64,000 bases of DNA from a virus. The stretch covers positions 3,404-67,403 of IMG/VR virus record IMGVR_UViG_3300020469_000041; one strand, 5' to 3'. This document shows, piece by piece, positions 47,022-56,754 of this stretch. The first letter of the stretch is position 1; every line of letters starts with the position of its first letter. The position numbers and the translations under genes are program-made. The notes under the pieces were generated by a model. That model saw nothing but the letters and a program-made list of their open reading frames with translations, made no database searches and was not told where the DNA came from.

Positions 47022-47231
47022 CTATTTTAAATATTTTTCAATAATATTTAATTGACCATCAATAACAGACATAGCATCTACTTGTGATTCTACTGTTCCA
47101 ACAATATCTGAGTGATCAGCAAGTCCTACATGAGAACCTAATAAAACTTCAATGTTTGTTTGGTGTCTTCTAAGCTTAGCTCTAAGAGATTCTTCTACTG
47201 TTGTTAATATTTCTTTTCGATAATTGTGCAT
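47022..47231 (-). CDS. hypothetical protein
   Basis: NIEVLL...VG.A.H.DI motif; GGAGG RBS. Confidence 0.55.
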   Translation of the reverse strand: MHNYRKEILTTVEESLRAKLRRHQTNIEVLLGSHVGLADHSDIVGTVESQVDAMSVIDGQLNIIEKYLK

Positions 47232-47236
47232 TTTAT

Positions 47237-47920
47237 TTACCTCCCAAATAATTTTCTACGTTTATATTCTGCTATTGTTTCTAATAGCTTTTTAGTCCAA
47301 TTGTCTCTGTGTTCTACAAATACTTGTGGACCTTCATCACCAGCGATTAACGTGACTAATTGTGTTATTGGCATACCAGTTCTTTCTTCCCACATAATAG
47401 CATATGCAGTTTCTTGTACAAAGTATCCTTCACACCATTCTTTCTTCTTAGTTTTAGCTGCTGTCTTATAATCAATAATAGAATTTTTACCATCAAAAAC
47501 TCCAACGCAATCAACTCGGCCAGCAACACCAAGATGAGAAGAATACAATGGAGCTTCTTGAGCATATACTTTAGATAATCTTTTATCTAGTATATCTTTA
47601 ACCTCCATAAAATTAGATTTTATAAGTGGCATTACACCTTCATCAAAAGATTCATCGTTATCAACATACTTTTCTAGCATTTCATGAACAGCTGTACCAC
47701 GTCCTGAAGCTCTACGAGAAATACGATTTGCTTCTTCTTCGCCTACTCTTTGGCGCCAGGCTCTTATATGATCTTCGCTTAATATCGAAAGTACTGTTGT
47801 AATAGAAGGATAGTTAACACCGTCAGGAGCAGCATAGGTTCTACCAGTTGATAACGTTGTAGCAACCATGTCTTTATATCCAATATCAATTGGTTCATGT
47901 TTAAAGTTTCCCGCTTTCAT
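47237..47920 (-). CDS. PD-(D/E)xK (Cas4-like) exonuclease
   Basis: YPSITTVL, RGT.VH, AGRVDC, IIDYKT, Y.VQ..AYA.M.EE. Confidence 0.85.
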   Translation of the reverse strand: MKAGNFKHEPIDIGYKDMVATTLSTGRTYAAPDGVNYPSITTVLSILSEDHIRAWRQRVGEEEANRISRRASGRGTAVHEMLEKYVDNDESFDEGVMPLIKSNFMEVKDILDKRLSKVYAQEAPLYSSHLGVAGRVDCVGVFDGKNSIIDYKTAAKTKKKEWCEGYFVQETAYAIMWEERTGMPITQLVTLIAGDEGPQVFVEHRDNWTKKLLETIAEYKRRKLFGR

Positions 47921-48584
47921 ATAATTCCTTTGTCATGATAAAGTCACGAACAAAGCCGCTTCGTACAATATCTTCCCACTTAAATTCCACATGATCAAAA
48001 GAGTTCATATGTTTTATAATATTAATAAATTCTTTAATACCGTCTTGATCACCCTTACGAGTAAAATCTGATTGATAATAATCACCCGACATAATAAATC
48101 TACAATCTTCTCCAAGACGAGTTATTACTGAACAAAGCTCATGATAATTACAATTTTGAGATTCATCAACGATTATTATAGCATTTTTAATTGTGATTCC
48201 TCTTATAAATGAAGTTGTTAAGAACTCTATAGATTTACTTTGTATCATTTTAGACCATCCATCTAAGTCTTGAAATAAATCATTTATAATAGCTTTATAT
48301 GGAGATGTGTAAGCATCTTCTTTTTCTTCTTGTGTTCCAGGAAGAAATCCCATATCTCTTGTTGGAACAGCAGATCTTACTATAATAACCTTTTGATATT
48401 CTTTCTTTAATACTGCTTCTAAAGCTAGGTATAAAGAAATAAAAGTTTTACCAGTTCCTGCTGAACCATCTAAACACAAATGATTACCAGAAGCAAATCC
48501 ATCAAAAGCTAATTTTTGATTATGTGTTAATGGCTCCAATTTAACCAAATGCTCTAATCTTAGACGTGAAGGTTTTTTGTTCAT
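47901..48584 (-). CDS. phoH: PhoH-like ATPase
   Basis: GSAGTGKT, RSAV, GFLPG, RG.T, DE.QN, TR.G, GD..QSD, DIVRSG.V. Confidence 0.93.
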   Translation of the reverse strand: MNKKPSRLRLEHLVKLEPLTHNQKLAFDGFASGNHLCLDGSAGTGKTFISLYLALEAVLKKEYQKVIIVRSAVPTRDMGFLPGTQEEKEDAYTSPYKAIINDLFQDLDGWSKMIQSKSIEFLTTSFIRGITIKNAIIIVDESQNCNYHELCSVITRLGEDCRFIMSGDYYQSDFTRKGDQDGIKEFINIIKHMNSFDHVEFKWEDIVRSGFVRDFIMTKELYESGKL

Positions 48585-48823
48585 TTTGTATTAATATTTC
48601 CTCTTAATCTTGGTGGTAGTCCTTTTTGAATTCTTTGTTGTACTTCTTTCCAGCCATCACCAGCCTTTTTAAGTACTTGTCCATCTTTTGCAGTTAGAAC
48701 TTTTGGTGCAGTAATGACTTGCTGAATATTTGGATCTTTTACATATTTTTCCATATCAGAAATAGACATCATTTTAGTTTCTATTTCTTCAGTTTCTAAA
48801 TTTTTAAAATCATACAATGGCAT
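48581..48823 (-). CDS. FmdB-like small protein (start re-assigned to MPLYDF)
   Basis: MPLYDF.N..T.E...MS motif; typical neighbour of phoH in T4-likes. Confidence 0.55.
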   Translation of the reverse strand: MPLYDFKNLETEEIETKMMSISDMEKYVKDPNIQQVITAPKVLTAKDGQVLKKAGDGWKEVQQRIQKGLPPRLRGNINTK

Positions 48824-49379
48824 TAAACCACTCCGGTTGTTGTCTTTTAGTCCAAACCATTTTGAACCTATCTTGTTTAGTTTGATAAAAATTTCTATAA
48901 GATTTAACAGCGTCTGTACCACCTAAGTTATTAACGATACATTCCGGATTAGAACTCATTGCTAACTTATAAGGTGTTCGAACTAATGTTCGTTTTATGT
49001 TGTTTGGTAAATCTTTCAATATTTTTCGTAGCTTGCTGTCTGTTGCATGGACTTTGCCATATCTATATGTATATTCATCGCACAAAGCAATAAAATGTTG
49101 ATAATGCCAAGTATAATTACAACAACCTTCACGAGTCCAGACTGTAGACGGATGATTATAATGACATGCTTTATACAGTATATCTTCTCGGTGGTCATCT
49201 AGTTTATAATATTGTAACATAGAGCCAGATTTAGATGGTCTACGTTCCATGATACCATCAACCATTCTATGAACAGTTGATAGCATTTGTGCAGATTCTA
49301 CAATCATTTTTACAACGTGTTTATCGCATTGTTGTTGAGCTGCTTCGACGGGATCTTCTGATAAAATAAAAATATTCAT
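48810..49379 (-). CDS. pyrimidine-dimer DNA glycosylase-like protein
   Basis: MNIF.L..DP..AA...CDKHVVKMI.ESAQMLST, H.NHP..VW, EY..RYGK.H. Confidence 0.75.
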   Translation of the reverse strand: MNIFILSEDPVEAAQQQCDKHVVKMIVESAQMLSTVHRMVDGIMERRPSKSGSMLQYYKLDDHREDILYKACHYNHPSTVWTREGCCNYTWHYQHFIALCDEYTYRYGKVHATDSKLRKILKDLPNNIKRTLVRTPYKLAMSSNPECIVNNLGGTDAVKSYRNFYQTKQDRFKMVWTKRQQPEWFNAIV

Positions 49380-49386
49380 AATATAT

Positions 49387-49416
49387 ATTATAACACAATT
49401 TCATTCAAATGTAAAC
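49387..49416 (-). promoter_or_regulatory. sigma70-type early promoter
   Basis: GTTTACA-N17(ending TGT)-TATAAT. Confidence 0.78.
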
Positions 49417-49450
49417 CCCTTAATAAAAAATTTTACTAAGGGGTCACGAT

Positions 49451-49621
49451 TTAGTGTATTTTGCTTATTGCCTCCATATCATCAAGGTATTGGTTTAAAT
49501 GTACTATTTTCTTTTCCATTTTGTATGCTAATACATTTTTACCTTTTTTTATTAATTTTCGTTGATAGTATAATGCCTCATTTCTGTCTTTCTTTAGGCG
49601 TTCAATTTGTATATAACTCAT
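49451..49621 (-). CDS. small basic hypothetical protein (start re-assigned to MSYIQ)
   Basis: GGAG RBS before ATG at 49621. Confidence 0.5.
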   Translation of the reverse strand: MSYIQIERLKKDRNEALYYQRKLIKKGKNVLAYKMEKKIVHLNQYLDDMEAISKIH

Positions 49622-49687
49622 AAGCAATCTCCAGGTTAAAGTGAATTGAAAAACTATCATGATATAGACTGTGTCGTTATCTTTCTC

Positions 49688-50113
49688 CTATTTTTTTATT
49701 AGATTAGGAAATGCACCTTTAATTAACGCCTTTGTAATATATTTGAGTTTGAGTTTTTTATCTTTGGCATCGCAAAAAAGTTGTGCATCATCCGGGTGAA
49801 TTGATTCAAGTAAATCTATAAAAGCTGTTTCTCTTTTGAATTGATTTAAATTTGGAGAGGCAACTTTAACAAAGTTTCTAAACTTTGGATATTCAAATCT
49901 AAGCTCTCGCGGTTCTTTTTTTGTAGATGTATCGAATTTTTTATAAGGTGGTTGACCTTCGGGTAATGATAATTTAATAGTATCATCTAATCCGATACGT
50001 AAGATATCTCGAAGCGCAGTACAATCTTGCTCTTTAAGATATTGGATCCTTTTATCTCGAGATCCTAATTTGTTTGTATTTTTTAATATTTCTGATATTA
50101 ATGGTTTAACCAT
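49688..50113 (-). CDS. conserved T4-like hypothetical protein
   Basis: LPEG.PPY, KRE..FI.LLESIHP.DA, AFP.L; usual neighbour of rnh. Confidence 0.6.
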   Translation of the reverse strand: MVKPLISEILKNTNKLGSRDKRIQYLKEQDCTALRDILRIGLDDTIKLSLPEGQPPYKKFDTSTKKEPRELRFEYPKFRNFVKVASPNLNQFKRETAFIDLLESIHPDDAQLFCDAKDKKLKLKYITKALIKGAFPNLIKK

Positions 50114-50960
50114 TATAAAATTCCTCCACACTTTCAATCAATAGATTGCATCGTTTTTTAATTAAATAGTTTAATACTTTCATTTTCATTGGAACTTTTT
50201 GTCCATTAAAAGTATTTATAACATTATTCTGAATTGATTCCGGTATTTGAGATAAATCTATAAGAGTCTTATTTCTTTGATAATTTCTAAACTCTTCGTG
50301 CGTCATAACATCTTTTAAGTTATCTATATTATCAGCCCAGTATTGTATTTTAGCTTTTGTCATAGGTGATTGGCGAATTTCATCCATAATAGAATTATCA
50401 GCTGATAAAACATTAGGTATACCATCGCTTTTATCTCCTTTACATATGTGCTCAAAACAATATGTTCTAGGATTAGAATCACTTACCATTTTCTTTTGAA
50501 TAGGAGAGAATTGTTTAACATTGTTGAATTTGTGTAATTGTATAAAATCTTTATCTGAAGAAATAATCATGACTGGTTCATGCTGACCAAACTCTTGTGT
50601 TTGCATTGTTAACGTACCGATGATATCATCAGCTTCGCATCCTTCTAAATGAATAACCTTGTAAGGCAGGTTTTCTCTAATTTCTTCTCTTACCAAATTT
50701 AATATCCTAAAAATTTCTGTCCAATCTTGAGATGATTCATCTCTTTTCTTTTTACGATGTGCTTTATATAGAGGAAAATATTCTTTACGCCAAGTATTCA
50801 TACCATCAACACAAATTACCATTTGACCGTACTCATTACGATATTTTTTATTGTACATACGAATACTGTTTAGTATCATATGTCGTATCATGTTTTCATC
50901 ATTTAGTTTTTGTACTATAATATTAGATAGCGCAATCTGGCTATAATCAAGTAAAATCAT
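50106..50960 (-). CDS. rnh: T4-type RNase H (5'-3' exonuclease)
   Basis: MILLD.SQI, WRK..FP.YK..RKK, EADDIIG, SSDKDF.QL, GD.SDGIPN. Confidence 0.93.
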   Translation of the reverse strand: MILLDYSQIALSNIIVQKLNDENMIRHMILNSIRMYNKKYRNEYGQMVICVDGMNTWRKEYFPLYKAHRKKKRDESSQDWTEIFRILNLVREEIRENLPYKVIHLEGCEADDIIGTLTMQTQEFGQHEPVMIISSDKDFIQLHKFNNVKQFSPIQKKMVSDSNPRTYCFEHICKGDKSDGIPNVLSADNSIMDEIRQSPMTKAKIQYWADNIDNLKDVMTHEEFRNYQRNKTLIDLSQIPESIQNNVINTFNGQKVPMKMKVLNYLIKKRCNLLIESVEEFYNG

Positions 50961-51288
50961 TCTTTTTATCCATTATTAATTCATGTAATACTTCGAAGTA
51001 ATCGTGTAAAAAATGATTAACTCCTCCGTGTCTCATTAGCATTGAAGAAATCATATTTACAATTACAATCATATCTTTAGCTTCTGGCAATGTTTCATCT
51101 CTAAAATCCATTGCATCGAAATAACCACTTTCATTAAGTAATAACTCTTCAATTTGTAATAATATTATTCGAGAAACATCTCTGCATTCATCAGTAAATT
51201 CTTCATATTCTTGTCTTAGAAATTCTCTTTCTTCTTCAACTTCTTGTATACGAAATTTAGTTGGAAATTGTATAATATTATCTTTCAT
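50947..51288 (-). CDS. hypothetical protein
   Basis: starts DNIIQFP; downstream of promoter. Confidence 0.5.
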   Translation of the reverse strand: MKDNIIQFPTKFRIQEVEEEREFLRQEYEEFTDECRDVSRIILLQIEELLLNESGYFDAMDFRDETLPEAKDMIVIVNMISSMLMRHGGVNHFLHDYFEVLHELIMDKKNDFT

Positions 51289-51297
51289 AATGTATAT

Positions 51298-51327
51298 ATT
51301 ATATCATACTTTTAAGCAAATGTAAAC
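51298..51327 (-). promoter_or_regulatory. sigma70-type early promoter
   Basis: GTTTACA-N17(ending TGA)-TATAAT. Confidence 0.78.
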
Positions 51328-51329
51328 AA

Positions 51330-51755
51330 TTATTTTGAAAAGTTTTTAATTGAATTGCCACCAATTCTACAATTAATAATGCCATTATAATAATCGTCCG
51401 TTAATAATACTTCTCTATCAAACTGTTCTTTTGTTTCCATGTAAGCGCATTCAGATTTAGTTTTACACATATGTAAAATTTCTCTATAGAAACAATCTTG
51501 ACCCATTGATAAAACATCTTCTTGTAAATGTTTATTTGAACCCCAATATTCTCGCCATTCGGATTCAACTAATATTTTCTTTCTTCTCTTGCGAGTCTTG
51601 GTTATTGGTAGAGTCTTTTGGCTCCAAAAAAACTTCTTTCCTATATACTTCTTCCCTGTAGCTCGATTCGTTATCATGTAAACAAATCCATACACGTCTT
51701 TGGGATTGAATTCTTCTGGTGGCAGCCATTTTGTGCCTTTGTAATGCCATGTCAT
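51330..51755 (-). CDS. GIY-YIG family endonuclease
   Basis: GFVY.ITN...GKKYIGKK, W..YWGS, F.REIL, E...QF, YYNG. Confidence 0.75.
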   Translation of the reverse strand: MTWHYKGTKWLPPEEFNPKDVYGFVYMITNRATGKKYIGKKFFWSQKTLPITKTRKRRKKILVESEWREYWGSNKHLQEDVLSMGQDCFYREILHMCKTKSECAYMETKEQFDREVLLTDDYYNGIINCRIGGNSIKNFSK

Positions 51756-51756
51756 A

Positions 51757-51897
51757 TTACTCGTTAAAGTCTAGTTCTTCTAGATCTTCATCCTGATGTT
51801 CACCACAAAGAGGACAAAATAAAATAATTTCATCGTCTTCGTGCCCTATGATAGTTTTATTATAACAAGATTCGCAGTTAACCACAGTACGTTTCAT
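51757..51897 (-). CDS. small zinc-ribbon protein (46 aa); not in ORF track
   Basis: CESC...FCPLCG plus acidic tail. Confidence 0.6.
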   Translation of the reverse strand: MKRTVVNCESCYNKTIIGHEDDEIILFCPLCGEHQDEDLEELDFNE

Positions 51898-51899
51898 AG

Positions 51900-52133
51900 T
51901 TAACCAATATCCTTGAATTTATCCCACCCACCTATTGATTTACCGTCTAATTTTATTTGAGGAAATGTTCTAGCAGTTGGAAATAATTCCATCATTTCTT
52001 CTCTATTAAAATCCTCTCCCAATTTTTTAACTGTGTAACTATGTTTATTTGTTTCTTGTACCATAGCTTGTGCTTTATGTATTGCCATATCACAAAATGG
52101 ACAATGGTCTTTACTATAAATTTCTATAATCAT
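51900..52133 (-). CDS. nrdC: glutaredoxin
   Basis: CPFC active site, TFPQI, IGG. Confidence 0.88.
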   Translation of the reverse strand: MIIEIYSKDHCPFCDMAIHKAQAMVQETNKHSYTVKKLGEDFNREEMMELFPTARTFPQIKLDGKSIGGWDKFKDIG

Positions 52134-52607
52134 TTACAATCCTTCGATATAATTTGATAAAACTTTAATATCGTTTTGAGATAAAATAGAAGCTTGAGAC
52201 CACATAATTTGAGATCTTTTTCCTCTTTGTTCTCTATTTTGATATTGTTTTAATGCTGTTTCTATATATAAGGATGTATTACCCGCCAATGCTGGAAATA
52301 TTCCCATACCCTCGCCTTTCATTCCATGACATCCAGCGCATCCATTCCATGATGCTGGTGTAGGATCTATTTCAACTACTGGAGCCTCAATAACACCTGC
52401 TGCAATTAATCTTTCTTCTTCTAACTTTGCGAGTCGAGCAACCTCGCGTCTTTCTAATAATTGTTCATAGCACTCATTTATACATGCACTTTGTGGATTA
52501 TGTCCTCTTTGTGGTGCATGACTAAACGCAACTGAGATGATAAAAGCTGCAGCACAGGATATTAAAAAAGGAAATAATATATGTGGATTCACGTCTTTAT
52601 GACTCAT
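52134..52607 (-). CDS. membrane-anchored class I cytochrome c (c553/c4-like)
   Basis: N-terminal TM; CAGCHG heme motif; G.G..P.LAG, Y....LK.Y, distal Met (SQIMW), LS..DI..L..YI. Confidence 0.85.
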   Translation of the reverse strand: MSHKDVNPHILFPFLISCAAAFIISVAFSHAPQRGHNPQSACINECYEQLLERREVARLAKLEEERLIAAGVIEAPVVEIDPTPASWNGCAGCHGMKGEGMGIFPALAGNTSLYIETALKQYQNREQRGKRSQIMWSQASILSQNDIKVLSNYIEGL

Positions 52608-53680
52608 AGACTTAATCCTGCTAATGTATTATTATCCATGTCTTGTTTTACTCCTCCAATAACATATGAACTAATTTCAGTTTCTTGTGGTGCAACTTGT
52701 ACATTACCTCCACCTATCCATTTTTCAGTCCAAGGTAATGGATTAGCTTTTGGTGTTACGTATGGACATTGTAATCCAACCGCTCTCATTCTTTTACAGC
52801 CTATCCATTCTATATAATCACATAGAATTTTTTCATTAAGGCCAATCATAGAACCATTTGCAAATAGATATCTGGCCCAAGATTTTTCTTGCTCAATTAC
52901 GTCTAAATATAATTGAACTGATTCTTGTTCTGTTTTCTTAGCTATTTTTTCGTAGTCTTTATCTTCTTTTTTCAAAAGCTTAAGCATTGTGGTAGTACTA
53001 GCCAAATGTAAATTTTCATCTCGAGCAATGAATTTAATAATTTTAGCATTACCTTCCATTTTCTTTAATTCAGCAAAAGCCCAACTACATGCAAATGATA
53101 CATAGAACCTTATACCTTCTAAAGCATTTGCCGATTGCATAGCCATCCAAATTGCTGTCTTATGATCTATTTTATTTACAGGATTATGATTATAATCCAT
53201 CAAATCATCGTAATATTTAGATATACTTGATCCACACTCAACAATTTCTTTATTATCTAATATTCCATCAAATACATGTGAAGGATCTGCATACACATTT
53301 CTTATAATATGTGTATAACTTCTGCTGTGAATAGTTTCTGAAAATGACCATGTTTCAATCCAGTTTTCAACTTCTGGTAATGATACAATTGGTAAAAATG
53401 CTAGATTTGGAGCTCGACCTTGAACACTGTCGAGTACTATTTGTCTTTTAAGATTACTTGTAAAAATGTGTTGTTCATTTTCAGTTAATCCATTAAAGTC
53501 TTTTTTATCTTTAGAAACATCTACTTCTTCTGGTCTCCAAAAGAATCCTAGTTGTTTATCTGTAATTTTGTCTAACTGAGGATATTTAACTTCATCATAT
53601 CTTTGAATATCTACCGCCTCATCCAAAAACATATTTCTAGTCATATGAGACTTTTTATTCTTTTTCAATACTGACATCAC
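52604..53680 (-). CDS. nrdB: ribonucleotide reductase class Ia beta subunit
   Basis: FFWRPEEVD, LDSVQGR, ETIHSRSYTHI, LEGIRFYVSFAC, IARDENLH, VAPQETE. Confidence 0.97.
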   Translation of the reverse strand: MMSVLKKNKKSHMTRNMFLDEAVDIQRYDEVKYPQLDKITDKQLGFFWRPEEVDVSKDKKDFNGLTENEQHIFTSNLKRQIVLDSVQGRAPNLAFLPIVSLPEVENWIETWSFSETIHSRSYTHIIRNVYADPSHVFDGILDNKEIVECGSSISKYYDDLMDYNHNPVNKIDHKTAIWMAMQSANALEGIRFYVSFACSWAFAELKKMEGNAKIIKFIARDENLHLASTTTMLKLLKKEDKDYEKIAKKTEQESVQLYLDVIEQEKSWARYLFANGSMIGLNEKILCDYIEWIGCKRMRAVGLQCPYVTPKANPLPWTEKWIGGGNVQVAPQETEISSYVIGGVKQDMDNNTLAGLSL

Positions 53681-53701
53681 GTTTTTCCTTGTTTTTAATA
53701 T

Positions 53702-54082
53702 TTAAATTTGTTTTTCTCTTACTGCTTTCACTGCACTTTTTATAGCATCCTCCGCCAAAACAGAACAATGTATTTTTACTGGAGGTAATGCTAATTCTTC
53801 AGCAAGTTCAGTGTTCTTTATTTTTTCAGCATCATTTATGTGTTTACCTTTAACCCATTCAGTCAATAAAGAACTAGAAGCTATTGCTGAACCGCATCCA
53901 TAGGTTTTAAATTTAGCATCAACAATAACATCATCATCGTTTATTCTAATTTGTAACCTCATTACATCGCCACAGGCTGGAGCTCCAACCATTCCTGTAC
54001 CTACGTTTTTATCTGAATCATCCATGACTCCAACATTTCTTGGATTTTCATAGTGATCAATAACTTTCTCGCTGTAAGGCAT
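53702..54082 (-). CDS. iscU: Fe-S cluster scaffold IscU
   Basis: YSEKVIDHYENPRNVG, GAPACGDVM, FKTYGCGSAIASSS, LPPVKIHCS. Confidence 0.96.
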   Translation of the reverse strand: MPYSEKVIDHYENPRNVGVMDDSDKNVGTGMVGAPACGDVMRLQIRINDDDVIVDAKFKTYGCGSAIASSSLLTEWVKGKHINDAEKIKNTELAEELALPPVKIHCSVLAEDAIKSAVKAVREKQI

Positions 54083-54091
54083 AGTTTACTC

Positions 54092-54412
54092 CTATGCAAC
54101 GTAAAAACTTTCTCCACAACCACACTTACTTGTTTCATTTGGATTCACAAACTCAAATCCTTCTTGAAACTGTTCTACCTTATACTGTAACTCTGAACCA
54201 AATAAAAAAATTGAACTTTTATTATCTATGTATACAGTTACAGGAAGGTCTAAAAGAACGTGGTCTCCTTCTTCCTCTTTATATGCCCATTCCATTACAT
54301 AAGCATGTCCATTACATCCAGCGCTTTGTACTTTAATACGAATACCTATAGAATTTGCTGGTAATATTAGTTGAGCAAGAGCTTTTTCTGCTGACTCGTG
54401 TATTTCTATCAT
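54092..54412 (-). CDS. iscA: A-type Fe-S carrier IscA
   Basis: GCNG..Y, F.NPN...KCGCGESF. Confidence 0.9.
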   Translation of the reverse strand: MIEIHESAEKALAQLILPANSIGIRIKVQSAGCNGHAYVMEWAYKEEEGDHVLLDLPVTVYIDNKSSIFLFGSELQYKVEQFQEGFEFVNPNETSKCGCGESFYVA

Positions 54413-54415
54413 TAC

Positions 54416-56728
54416 TTATATCTTACAACTATCGCAATCTTCTTCTTCATAAGCTTCGCTTTCACCGTCATAAGAATGATGAGTTTCTCCATCGGTCATT
54501 TCGCCAGCTCCGTCGAACGTATTGAAATAATAAAGCTGTTTTAAACCATATCTATAAGCAGTTACTAGATCTGTAATCATTTGTGACATGGGTATCTTAT
54601 TATCTTCAAAAAACTCTGGATTATAAGATGTATTTACACTAATGCCTTGATCTATGTACTTTTGAAGTATAGCACAGATCTTAAGATAACCATCGGGAGA
54701 TTTTTGATCCCACAATAAGTCATACTTATTTTTTAAGTTGCGATAACCCGGAACTACTTGAGCCATCACTCCGTCTTTACTTTGTTTGTAACTAACTAAT
54801 GCGCGTGGAGGTTCTATACCATTCGTACTGTTAGATATTTGTGCACTTGTTTCAGCAGGCATTAATGCCATCAGAGTAGAATTGCGAGTACCTGTTTCTA
54901 AGAGCTTATGTCTTAGCTCGTTCCACGGTAGTCTTTCTTTATGCTCTATTAAATTATTTATTGCACCTTTATATGTATCAATTGGTAACACTCCACATGC
55001 ATATTTTGTGTGATTTTTTAAATTAATTTCACCCTTTTCAACAGCTAATTGCTGAGAAGCCTTAATTAAATAATAAGACCACGCTTCAGCATATTCATCT
55101 ACAGTTTCAAACGCGCCTTCATCATATTTAAGGCCTCGTTTTGCTAAGAAATATGCTAAATTAATAATTCCAATACCCAAGGGTCTTCTATTCATAGTAC
55201 CCCTTTCTGCAGCTTTTACTGGATAATCTTGATAATCTAATAATTCATCTAGTGCTCTTACTGAAAGATCACAGTATTTTTCGAATTCACTAGGATCATT
55301 TATTAAACCCCAATTGATTGCTGAAAGGGTACACAGTGATATTTCACCTTCTTCTGGATCAGCACCCATTGGGCTTGTAGGTAGATCTATTTCGCAACAA
55401 AGATTACTCATACGAATTGGAGCAACCTTAGCATCAAATGCTCCGTGATCATTTGCATGATCTACATTCATAATATATATTCTTCCAGTATCTTTCCTTT
55501 GTTGAATTACTGTAGAAAATACTTCAGATGCAGATAATGACTTTTTACGAATTGAATAAGCTCTTTCATATTTTTCATATAACTCTTTAAATTTATCTTG
55601 ATCACTAAAGAAAGATTCATATAGGCCTGGTACGTCATTAGGATCAAAGAAGGTTATATTTCCACCTGTTAATAATCTTTCGTACATTAGTTTATTGACT
55701 TGAAAAGCATAATCCATATGACGAACTCTATTTTCTTCTGTACCTTTATTATTTTTAAGTACAACTAAATCTTCAAACTCATAGTGCCACATTGGTAAAT
55801 ATACAGTAGCTGCTCCACCACGAACACCGCCTTGAGAACATGATTTTACTGCTGATTGGAAATATTTTAAAAATGGAATTAGTCCAGTATGAACTACTGA
55901 ACCATCACCAACTTTAGCTCCTTCAGCTCTAATAGAGCCAGCTCCAATACCAATACCTGCTTTTTTAGATATGTATTTTACAATGGAAGTTGCAGTTGCG
56001 TTGATAGAATCAAGAGAATCGCCAGATTCGATAAGAACACAACTCGAAAACTGACGGGTCGGTGTACGTACACCAGCCATAATAGGCGTAGGTAACGATA
56101 TATAGAATTGAGAAATTGCATCGTAGTAATCCTTTACATATTTCATACGAGTTGTTTTTGGATAATCTGAAAACAACGTTGCTGAAATCATCATATACAA
56201 AACTTGTGGAGTTTCGAAATGTTGTTTTGTTCTTCTATCTTGAACTAGATATTTACCTCTAAATTGTTCCATTCCTGCGTAAGTAAAAGTATCATCTCGA
56301 TCGTGTTTAATATATTTACCTAGCTCGTCTATTTCATCACGAGAATAAGATTTCATTATAGATCCATCATAAACTTCTCTATCAACGTTATCGATAATAA
56401 CTTGGGCTAATGAATGCGGTTCATAATCACCGTATACCTCTTTGCGTAATTTGTAAGAAACAAGTCTTGCAGCAACATATTGATAATTTGGAGTATAATC
56501 TGAAATTAATTCAGCAGCACTTTTTATAAGAAGTTCGTGAATATCGTAAGCTGGAATTTTATCGTATAATTGTATATTAGCCTTTAGTTCTATTTCAGAA
56601 ATAGATACTCCAGAAACATTTTCTGTCGCCCATTCTAATACTTTGTGTACTTTTTCTAAGTCAAAGTCTTGTGCAGTACCATCACGCTTTGTTACGTGCA
56701 TTGTCATAAAGTTTTGTCCGTCAGTCAT
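54416..56728 (-). CDS. nrdA: ribonucleotide reductase class Ia alpha subunit
   Basis: ATP cone VTKRDG; TPIMAG, QFSSCVLI, SNLCCEI, ALMPAETS, LYY, C-terminal CDSCKI. Confidence 0.97.
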   Translation of the reverse strand: MTDGQNFMTMHVTKRDGTAQDFDLEKVHKVLEWATENVSGVSISEIELKANIQLYDKIPAYDIHELLIKSAAELISDYTPNYQYVAARLVSYKLRKEVYGDYEPHSLAQVIIDNVDREVYDGSIMKSYSRDEIDELGKYIKHDRDDTFTYAGMEQFRGKYLVQDRRTKQHFETPQVLYMMISATLFSDYPKTTRMKYVKDYYDAISQFYISLPTPIMAGVRTPTRQFSSCVLIESGDSLDSINATATSIVKYISKKAGIGIGAGSIRAEGAKVGDGSVVHTGLIPFLKYFQSAVKSCSQGGVRGGAATVYLPMWHYEFEDLVVLKNNKGTEENRVRHMDYAFQVNKLMYERLLTGGNITFFDPNDVPGLYESFFSDQDKFKELYEKYERAYSIRKKSLSASEVFSTVIQQRKDTGRIYIMNVDHANDHGAFDAKVAPIRMSNLCCEIDLPTSPMGADPEEGEISLCTLSAINWGLINDPSEFEKYCDLSVRALDELLDYQDYPVKAAERGTMNRRPLGIGIINLAYFLAKRGLKYDEGAFETVDEYAEAWSYYLIKASQQLAVEKGEINLKNHTKYACGVLPIDTYKGAINNLIEHKERLPWNELRHKLLETGTRNSTLMALMPAETSAQISNSTNGIEPPRALVSYKQSKDGVMAQVVPGYRNLKNKYDLLWDQKSPDGYLKICAILQKYIDQGISVNTSYNPEFFEDNKIPMSQMITDLVTAYRYGLKQLYYFNTFDGAGEMTDGETHHSYDGESEAYEEEDCDSCKI

Positions 56729-56754
56729 AGTTAGTTAATTAAAATATAGTATAT

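Noticed and set aside
46360-47578. Cys-rich plus-strand ORFs (46360-46737, 47226-47471, 47360-47578)
   Set aside because: Antisense to glyA and the exonuclease; unlike the 63820 micropeptide they do not occupy their own intergenic slot
47237-47920. Cas4-like nuclease as sign of a CRISPR system
   Set aside because: Stand-alone PD-(D/E)xK exonuclease usual beside phoH in T4-like phages; no array or other cas genes
51330-56728. Possible intron, intein or homing element in nrdA/nrdB linked to the GIY-YIG gene
   Set aside because: nrdA and nrdB are uninterrupted and of normal length; the GIY-YIG ORF is free-standing and short, with no extra DNA-binding domain
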